In this document: positions 27,546-64,000 of the stretch, piece by piece | How the letters are laid out: every line of letters starts with the position of its first letter | Position numbering within the stretch: the stretch's first letter is position 1 | Assembly: GCA_030141605.1 (NCBI GenBank) | Contig: JAQGDQ010001072.1 | Span: 969 to 64,968 of the forward strand | Direction: 5' to 3' | Source of the DNA: Tubiluchus corallicola | Lineage: Eukaryota; Animalia; Priapulida | DNA length: 64,000 bases | The notes under the pieces: generated by a model | Seen by the model: the letters and a program-made list of their open reading frames with translations, nothing else | What the model was told of the DNA's origin: nothing | Database searches by the model: none | Translations under genes and position numbers: made by a program

Positions 27546-28905
27546 GGGTTGCAGTAACGGGAGTTTGTATCGTATCGAGGGTGGGCCTGGAACGGAACCT
27601 TAAGTAAGCTAACACTGTATATAATAATTAATTACAAGCGTACATATCTGTTTTTCGTGTATATTAAGTTGTTAGCTGGTCAACTTGTAACAAAAAATAA
27701 ATTGCTTTCGATATTAAAAATATGTATGTTTATTTTTATTGTATTTTCCGGCTATCTTTTATTAAACTTACTAAGCGACATCATCACTATCTATCAAATC
27801 GTCACTATCATCACTGCCATCGGTCGTAATTTTCTTGTTCTCTTTCTTCTTCTTTTTCTCCTTGTTCCGATTCTTGCAGTTGTTGTTGTTGTTACGTTTC
27901 TCTGTCTGTCTGTTGCTGCTGTTCTTTTTATTTTTCTTGTTCTTGTTTCGTTGTTCTTGTCTTTTTTGTCCTTAATTGTTGTCTCTGTCTGTTTGTCATT
28001 GTTCTTCTTTCTTCTCTTTTTTTTGTTCTTATTTTTATTTAGCGATTTAGCGATAATATTTTGCTGTAGTACAAACCCCTAAAACTAATGAGTAAGCCTT
28101 TGTTTTAAGTATACAGTAAATAAAACAGTAGGCGGGGGTGGCGGCTGTGAGCATACAGAGGGAGTATTTATTTGGCAGCAATGCAAATAATTATACTTAA
28201 TTTACAACAATGCTAAAATAAAAAAATTATGCTAAATATAATACTTTTTGTGGGCAGAAACAGTAACAAAAAACTTTTTATTTGTTTTCCATTACCTCCC
28301 CTGTCCTCCTGGGCCCCTATAGTAACTTGAATTTTTTTGCACACTTTTGTGACAACAGAATTAAATTTTAATGTTTAAAAACGCAATTGCTAGTGTCACA
28401 GTGACCTTTGGTGTGATGAAAACAGCTATAATTGCAGTGTATTGACAGTATTAATTTTTTTGTGCATTTCAAGTTATTATTCATATTTTGACGTTTGACA
28501 TGTTAATAAACAATTTTTAACCTATTTAATTTTATGTGTTGAAAAATTGTGAGCAATTATTGTTTCTTATAATTAAAAATATGGCAGTGGCAGCAAATCG
28601 ACGCCCTGATAGAAACGAGTTTGTGAATCTGACACTGATGAAAATGGGCTCAAGATTTCTGGGAAATATTGTGGACACTATAAATTGGTGCAGGCAATAT
28701 GGTTTGCTGGCAGTAGAAATGATCTGCCCAGAATGTAAAGAACCGTGTCAAGAAGGTGTATATTCAAGGGCTGTCGATGGGAGAGCCTGGCGCTGCCAGC
28801 AATGTCGTAAAGTAGTAAACATCAGAAAGGGCAGGTTTTTTTTTTAGAAGTCCCACTTAGCCTTATGGCAAATTTTAGGCTTGACTTATCTGTGGTGCAC
28901 CGCAA
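27546..28905 (+). mobile_element. truncated Merlin (IS1016/IS1595-like) DNA transposon; transposase N-terminal Zn-ribbon at 28581-28900
   Basis: WCRQYGLL...CPEC...DGRAWRC..C...NIRKGRFF(frameshift)KSHLALWQILGLTYLW is the typical Merlin N-terminus; candidate left end GGGTTGCAGTAAC at 27546; no DDE domain. Confidence 0.7.
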
Positions 28906-29220
28906 TATGGAAACTCTTTTGAAAGCTGCGCGTATTTCTTAAAATAGATACAAGATGTACGCTGACTCCCAGACTGTGCTAAGTTATAAGAGGCAAACTC
29001 AAAAGTGAAAAGCTCATAGTAAACTGTGTAAACTTGTAGTAGTATCCTCTACTCCGTGGTAGCCTACTTAGTAGGCCATCCGTCCAGTCCATAAATCCAT
29101 TTATCGGGGCGAGTAGCAACGTATGTCCTACTAGGCTAATTTTCTACTCAAAAACGCTAAGGCGCAACATATGCTTGCACGGGTTTATAAATGTGATACC
29201 GCCGTTACGCAGATCTAAAT

Positions 29221-32200
29221 ATTTTATTTATTTTTATTTATTTATTAAATATATTCACAACGATCATTACAGCATTGCACATAAAAGCATTTAATAACAT
29301 ATTTATTATTATGTACACAAGATGCCAAGCCGCAAATGACCCGTGGGGTACTCAAGAAGTAATTACTTGTTTAGAGCACCCCAAATGAATGTGGACTGAG
29401 TGTAATAGAAAAGAGCAGTAAAGGAGTAGAAGGAAAGGTTAATAGAGAATAGAAAGAGGAGAAAGATGTGATGGTATCTGTATGAAGTAACGTGAACTGT
29501 AAAAATTGACATAGCCAGCAACGCAATGGATTCCGACAGGGACAGCAGTGTAATTTCACTTTTAAGATTTCTTTTGAAGTTATTTATAGATAAAGAATTT
29601 TTTATGTATTCGTTGATGTTATTCCAAAGTCTAGGGCCAGTGTTAGTGATGAAGTGCCTTGCTGCGTCAGTCCTGCAATACTTAATACAAAATTCGTTAA
29701 ATATTGTTGAGTAATGTCTTACGTTAATAGATAATGGGTTTAAAAAGAAAGCGGGGTGAAGTTTATGTTTGGTTTTGTAGATGTAAACAACGGTATTCAG
29801 GTTTATTAGATCATTTAGCACTAGGACAGAATAATTCTTAAAAAGATTAAGACCTACATGTTCACACTTGTTCAAATTAGCTATCAATCTTATAAATTTA
29901 CGTTGTAGAGAGCTTAGTTTAATTAAAGTTGAAGGGTAGGTGTGCCCCCAAAGTATATTACAGTAGGTCAAGTATGGCAGTACTAGACAATTATAAAGAG
30001 TGATTAGGTGTTCTTTAGTGAAACAATGTTTAACTCGACTGATTAACCCGATGTTTTTAGCAATTTTAGAATGAATCATATTTAAGTGTGGTCTCCAATC
30101 TAGGTGTTCATTTAACATAACATCCAAGAACTTCATTTCGCTTACTTGTTCTACAGCATTACCATCAATTTTTATAACACTGTTCATATTTATAGGTTTG
30201 TTACGAGCTTTGAATAAAATGTATTTAGTTTTAGTTGAATTTAATGCTAATTTATTGATTTTAAACCAGGCTGTAATTTTACTGAGTTCACTATTAATCA
30301 TGTTAGTGTCAAGTAACTTGCTGTTGATCTTGAAAAAAATACATGTATCATCAGCAAATTGGAAGACCTTTCCATTGTCAGTAATACAGTTTTGTAAGTC
30401 ATTAATGTATATTAAAACAACAGAGGTCCCAATATAGATCCCTGGGGTACTCCGTGTGTGACTATTGCTTCGTTGGAAAGAACATTGTTACAATTGACTG
30501 CTTGTGTTCGGTCCTTGAGGTAATTAGCAAACCATGAGTATGCGACCCCTCTAATGCCATAGTGGAATAACTTATCTAACAGAATAGCATGATTAACTGT
30601 ATCAAAGGCCTTAGAGATCGCAGAAAATGCCAATGGCAACAGCGTTTTGTTCTAATGAATTAATTACGTTATTTATTATATTTATTAGGGCTAGCTGTGT
30701 AGAACTACCCTTTCTAAAGCCATACTGATGATTATAAAGTACATTATGTATAGTCAAGTAGTCTAATAATCTTTTATGGACTATTTTTTCTAATTTTTTA
30801 GAGAAAAAAGCTAATATTGATATAGGTCTATAGTTATTAATATCTAAGGAGTCTTTAGCCTTAAACACAGGAATAATTACTGATTTTTTAAGTTGATAAG
30901 GTAATTTTCCTGTTGTTAATGAGCAATTGGTTATATGCGTTAAAGGAACAGCTAAGTTATCAATTAAATCAATTATGACATTGGGGAGAAAGTTGTCAAA
31001 GCCTGCCCCTTTATTACGGTTGAAAGATTTACATGTAGATTTTAATTCATTTATTGTAACAGGACTGAAGAAAAGAGTAGACTGATAATTACCCTTAAGA
31101 TGAACTTTAGGGTTGACACCAGTATTTGGAATTTCTGCAGCTAATTTTTGACCAATCTGTGAGAAATGCTCGTTGAAAGCACAAGCGACAGATTTATTGT
31201 CAGTTATTAATTTGTTGTTAATTTTAAGAGCATATGAACCAGATTTTCTATTTGACTGCAAAATTTCTTTCATAATAATCCACGTTTTCTTCAAGTTAGT
31301 TTTAACATGTTCTAGTTTGTTTTGATAATAATTAGATTTAGAGAGTTTTATTATGTTGTTTAACCTATTACGATACTGTTTGTATTCACGAATAGTGAGA
31401 TCATAATTAATATTATTCTTGAGAAGTTGATTATACAACTTATTGTTACAACCAATGCTATTTAAAATGGCATGGTTATCCATGGCTTTTTAATGGCACC
31501 AGGATTTATATTATTGTTGTTAGTTGTAGTTATATTGTTATTGTACATCATTTGGAATTTATCTAAAAATAAATTGTATGCTTCTTGTGGTTCAGATGTA
31601 GTATATACATCCTTCCAATCAGATTTATCCAAGTCAGAAGCAAATTTGCGTTTAATATGGTCATTATAGAGAGTTCTATTATATATAAAGCAATAAGACG
31701 TAGTTATGTTTAAATCGATTATCAAGAAAATTGGCAAGTGATCGGTAATGTCAAAAAGTAAATTACCAGATTTGAATTTATGTTCAATTACATTGGTAAA
31801 AATATTGTCTATCAATGTTGAACTATTAGGCGTTATACGTGTAGGTAAGGTAATTACAGGAAAAATACTATTAGAGATCATAGTGTTTAAAAAATCAGAT
31901 GTAGCTTCATGGGTTGAGAAGGTTAACAAATTAATATTGAAGTCACCAAGAATGAAAATTTGTTTCTTATGACGGGTTACAGTAGACAATAAATTAGATA
32001 ACTGCCCAGTGAAACGTTGGGGATCTTCACCAGGTGGTCTGTAAACAGAACCCACTATTATATTTGTAGCTTTGCTAACATGTATTTCAATGAAAATTGT
32101 TTCTAAGATCTCATTACTGACGCTGAGATCATTTCTTACTGAATAATTGATATTATTACTGATGTATAAACCTACACCACCTCCTTTTTTATATTCTCGA

Positions 32201-33060
32201 TTTTTACTAACAAAACTGTAACCTGGCAAGTTGGAAAAATCAAGAGATTTAGAATGAAGCCATGTCTCAGATAAGGCTATGACTGAGAAGTTAACTTTCA
32301 ACAAATGTAGGAGTGCCGTGAAATAATCATAGTTCGCTGCCAAACTACGTATATTTAAATGAATCATGGAGAAGCTATTATTGTTACGTATATTTAAATA
32401 CATTGATGAGAATGTTCAATGTCGAAATATTTACTTTTTGGTAACTGGTTAGAATTATTAAAGAATTGTAAGTCAGGATCAATTTCATCTAAGCTATTAA
32501 AATTATCCCCAAATTGATGTTCGAAAATATCCAAATTATACTTATAATTATCCAAAAATCTTCCAGGATAGAGTAATTTATTGAAGGTCTGACAGCGAAT
32601 TGAAATTCATTGTCGTCTATAATATTATTATAAGGGAATAAGTTTTGCATGCAGACATGGCAAAACCAGACATCCCCAGCAGCTGGTAGTTTATCTTTTA
32701 ACAAAAAATAAATACATTTGATATGAATAGTTCCGCCGCAACAGTCGCAGTTCAATGCCCGCTGGCTACGTCGAATACATTTATCACATATTGGACAGAA
32801 TCTGTTTACAGGTACCATCAAAACTGCAGGGAAAATCAAAATTAAAGAGATTAGAGAATAGAAAAAGTAAAAAAAGTAGAATAAAATATTGTTAAAGGAG
32901 TGTAAGTATAAAATGTGTAAAAAAATATACTAGCAAGTAAAGCCAGCCAGCCACGTTTGCAGCGAGTCAAGATGAGTACATAATTACGACAAACGTTTAA
33001 ACAACTGAATATGAGCGAAATTATGTAATATATTAAATTACCGACCAGGCTAAAAACTAA
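29221..33060 (-). mobile_element. CR1/L2-group LINE (Crack-like), ORF2 PHD-APE-RT, frameshifted
   Basis: C4HC3 PHD finger (32489-32839); APE motifs HLNIRS, LSETW, GDFN, TLIDNIF, DHLPI (31462-32403); RT motifs YRPIS, QYGFR, DLSKAFDTVNH, GVPQGSILGPLLF, FADDT; (AATA)n tail near 29221-29250. Confidence 0.93.
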
Positions 33061-35594
33061 AATCAAGTTATCATATTTTTAGAACTTGTATGTGCCATAT
33101 TAATCATATATTGGGCCATAATCACATGACAATAATAATAGCAGGAGCACTTTTTATTATTTATTTTACGAATTAAGACGGTAAGTATTAAAGCACTATT
33201 ATAGTGTAATCATCAATTTTATAAACTATTGGTATATTCAGATTATCAATTATAGTTGCCATGTAGCAACATGTCAATGAAACCAAATTACTGAGTCAGG
33301 AGAGTAATACATACTGCTACTAAACTGTGTGAATCAAGGCCGAAAAGCAAGTGGCTACAAGTAATGACCTTGGAGAGGCCTGTGTGAATTTAAACAACTT
33401 GAACTAATGAATAACAATATCAAAGTAAATAATATTCCTGATCAACTTCATTGCTGTTGATAACTAAGGTTTTAATTGGATGATCACATCAACTTTAAAA
33501 GGGGGGATGGGGCGGGGGTTGAGACAGTAGTTTTATCAACATATCGGACAGAATTCATGATAAATTTGTGGCGGGGCAAGGCGTCTGATTAGACAACTTA
33601 ATATAGACATCTAAATTACATGGTCAATTGTTGTTAATGCTTAACAAACTTTGAGTTGGGAATGTCATGAGCAGTAGCACTTTCAAACAGAATATAAGAT
33701 TAACACATACAGAATTACATTCTTTACTCATATAAGTATGAAACAGACTGCATGACCGCGTTAAGCAACTTTGCAGGGCTTTAAGTACAGATGAATATTA
33801 AAGTCCAAGGGCAGGTTGTCGAATCTTAAAGAATTCTACCGGTTTCTTAATGGGTAGAAAGTCGTTTTGCACGTAGGCATGCCGGTTTTCGTCATGGATG
33901 GATTATCTGGCAATTTAAGCATGGTTTCTGTTGGGAGGGAATTCACTTACAGTTAAATCGCATATACAGTAAATACACGTAATTAAACTAGTTTTAATAT
34001 AAAGAAAATAATAAAATATGACATTGTTCTAGCTTCTTTCAAACAATGTCTAGAAATTTGATGTAGGGCGTAGTATATCCTCTAAGATAGGAATTTATAT
34101 TCGGAATAATTCCTCGTGTGCATTGCTAGCGTGTAATTGTTGACAACAATCGTAGAGGTAAACACTTTCTGATAATTAAATTATAAATTAAAAACCTAAT
34201 TAACGGCGGACGAGCACAACTATTGATGGCGTCACAAACTGACATAATTTTCAACAGCAAAAATATTCTACGAGCGTGTTGCACGTGTTTGCGAAAGCGA
34301 AAATTGAAGTACAGTGCTACTGTATGATATTCAGTGAACTAAAACTAGGCAAGTTTTAAGATAAAATTTCAAATTTACCACTGTGCTCACCCACGAACTG
34401 TCCAACGTACGTAGTTCATCAGAAACTAACACATCTGAGCTGAGAGGTACAGTACCTGTTTTTGTATAATACGTATCCGAAATGCAGGCGCTAGTGCCCG
34501 TCTAGCTAGCAAATGGCGAAATACATGTAACAGCGAAAAACTAGTACGCGAATGCAAAATTGTATTTGTGTGGTAATAATTCTTTCACGTAAGTCATTTT
34601 TTGGAAAAAAAATAGTGTGTTCCCTTTCAATATTTTAAAGGGTAGATTGTTTTGACCTACAGTTTAAGATTGGGTCCCATTTTGCTTTAAACTGGATCTA
34701 AATCAACGTCACACATGCAATCTTGCATTTGCTGCAGTGTGGTTAAGTATTAAGGAGCTTTAGTTGACTGGCGTACATAAAGAAACTAGGCATGAGGATC
34801 TGAGCTGCTGCTGTGCAAGGTTTGGGCATCTTCGCAGTACTTCATACAAAGTTGCACAGTATCGGACCTATAGAAGAAAATTTATCGGATCCGGTGCCGG
34901 ACTGTTAGACACGTTGTTTAATTTATCTCTTCATGCAGTGGATTTTCATGCAAATTTTTTTATGAAATGCATTTGCTTAAATTAGACAAATTAAATATCT
35001 ACTTTTAACGAAGAAACTGAAAAAGCTTGAAGTAACTGCAGTGTTTGCACCCTAATTATGTACAGTATTACTTGTGTGAAATCAATGCGGAAAGTTTCGA
35101 CTATCCATGCCCAACACTCTGATACGCTTTGGCCTGAAGTCTCCTCCATTTTTAATTTCACGGTAAAAGGTGAGACTACCTTTGTTTATCCCTTTGCTTA
35201 GCGTTTGAATTTTCCTGGAATTCTGTACATCAGACAGTTCTCTTGGGTTGTAGCAAGCAGGCGATCAACAAAAGAGTGTGTGGTCTAAGCTACTCAATAG
35301 GCTAAGTTGGAGTGTCTGAAAATGGCCTATTTTGCTATAAATGCATAAACAAATAGCATGACTGGATGGCCGAGACTCTCCTGAGTAGAACAGTACCTAA
35401 TTTGTAATCATTTAGTTATGTCTGTGCTCGCTGCTCATACAGTAGCAGTAAAGTCATGGGTCTTATAAGACCTATTTTGAATAGTGTGGTTCTGAAGGAG
35501 TTAAAGTAAATGATGTACATTTTCTACAACAGATAAGAATCACATAGAGTACAAAACGGAGTACCGGAGCGCAGGAAATTCTCAAGAAATCGGA

Positions 35595-63012
<27,418 letters not shown>

Positions 63013-63029
63013 GTTTGTCGTAGACGTAG

Positions 63030-63500
63030 GCAATGGTTTAATGATATACTGCTTCTAAGTAAGTCTGATGTTCTTTTTGATCACGGTTGTAGCTGAAACG
63101 GATAAAAACGTCAAGGCTCAGACTTTCCTCACACAACCTTGCCATAGAAACCGGTCGTTGGTCCCGTATTGAAAGAGAGCGAAGACTCTGTTCATGTGGA
63201 CAAATCCAAACAGAACTGCACGTAATATGTGAATGCCCTGAAACACGTATCTTAAGAAACAATTCCGATTTAATATTTGATGATTTAGTGACTTTTTTCA
63301 GCGGAAATCCTGCTGATATTTGTAATTTTGTACACGATGCTCTAGCCATTTTTGGTCTATAATTGTTACTACACCATACATTGAGTGATCTATGGACTAT
63401 GATCAGCCTAAATTTCTTAAATGTTGCAACTATCTCGAAACGATTCTTATGATTTTTTGTATATATCTTTGACCATGGTCAATAAATAAATAATAATAAT
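63030..63500 (+). mobile_element. LINE 3' fragment (same family as 17540-18121)
   Basis: RLRLSSHNLAIETGRWSRIERERRLCSCGQIQTELHVICECP; AATAAATAAA(TAA)n tail. Confidence 0.75.
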
Positions 63501-63844
63501 ATGGGCCAAAAAAAAAAAAAAATAGCAGTTCTAGTGGCACCTGGTAGGTTCCATTTCGGGCGTTTTTTGCCTGGAAAGCTGCTGATGCAAAGTCATTGTT
63601 CTGCTACTGGCTTTGCATTACAAATGAGGACTATGTAGGATGTTCGCGTATTATTCATTATAAGTGTATTTATATGCAAAATTTTTTGCCGGGCTTTTGC
63701 TAGTTCAAATTAGTGAAGGTACAACACTAGTCTGATCACTAATTAGTTTTAATCACTTTAGTGTGAGCGATCAAACATCGGAAATGATGAATTTTGATTG
63801 GGTACATAAGGAATGAACTTTGGACTGTCCCTGACCACTAGGGA

Positions 63845-64000
63845 ATATGTGTCCTTCATAGCAAAATCGTTCACAGGTCGGCAATTAAGCTTTTCTAGTT
63901 ATTTGCATATGCTGCATCTCTATTTCATGAGGATCATTTTGATACCAAGTTCATCGCTCTGCGTCATTTCTAAGCTGAAATGATTCACGTTGAAATTGAG
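63845..64000 (-). mobile_element. ATATGTG-terminus MITE, inverted copy running off the window
   Basis: Matches 49541 onward and shares about 60 bp of flank outside the TIR. Confidence 0.75.

Noticed and set aside
27657-28082. 141-aa hydrophobic membrane-protein-like ORF
   Set aside because: Produced by T/C-rich low-complexity sequence inside the Merlin remnant; no ATG start or splice support.
29363-32839. Intact active retrotransposon or host RT gene
   Set aside because: ORF2 is split by several frameshifts; treated as a decayed LINE copy.

Overview
AT-rich, repeat-dense genomic DNA from an invertebrate animal (spliceosomal introns, SINEs, LINEs, MITEs; not prokaryotic, no CRISPR). Three spliced genes can be rebuilt by hand. 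(1) An unrecognised three-coding-exon gene on + (7529-7567, 11890-12076, 13919-14346) encodes a 217-aa secreted Gly/Pro/Asn-rich protein with repeated G[YF]GLGxNGPP motifs and a basic tail KKNRRRNRKRY. (2) MRPS33 lies on - (25560-25652, 24410-24528, 21711-21825; 108 aa). (3) The first 11 coding exons of an ABCA3-like ABC transporter lie on + (35595-63012) and the gene continues past the window. Between MRPS33 and the ABCA gene are a Merlin transposase remnant and a frameshifted PHD-APE-RT LINE of the CR1/L2 group. The remainder is hAT, Kolobok-like, piggyBac and pogo/Tigger MITEs (many with verifiable TSDs), LINE 3' ends, a tRNA-derived SINE, a 1.9-kb tandem duplication and many mini/microsatellites. 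The largest is a 4.2-kb 60-bp array, antisense in an ABCA intron, that reads as an acidic repeat protein joined to a pogo transposase remnant. All family and gene assignments come from recalled motifs; no database search was run.
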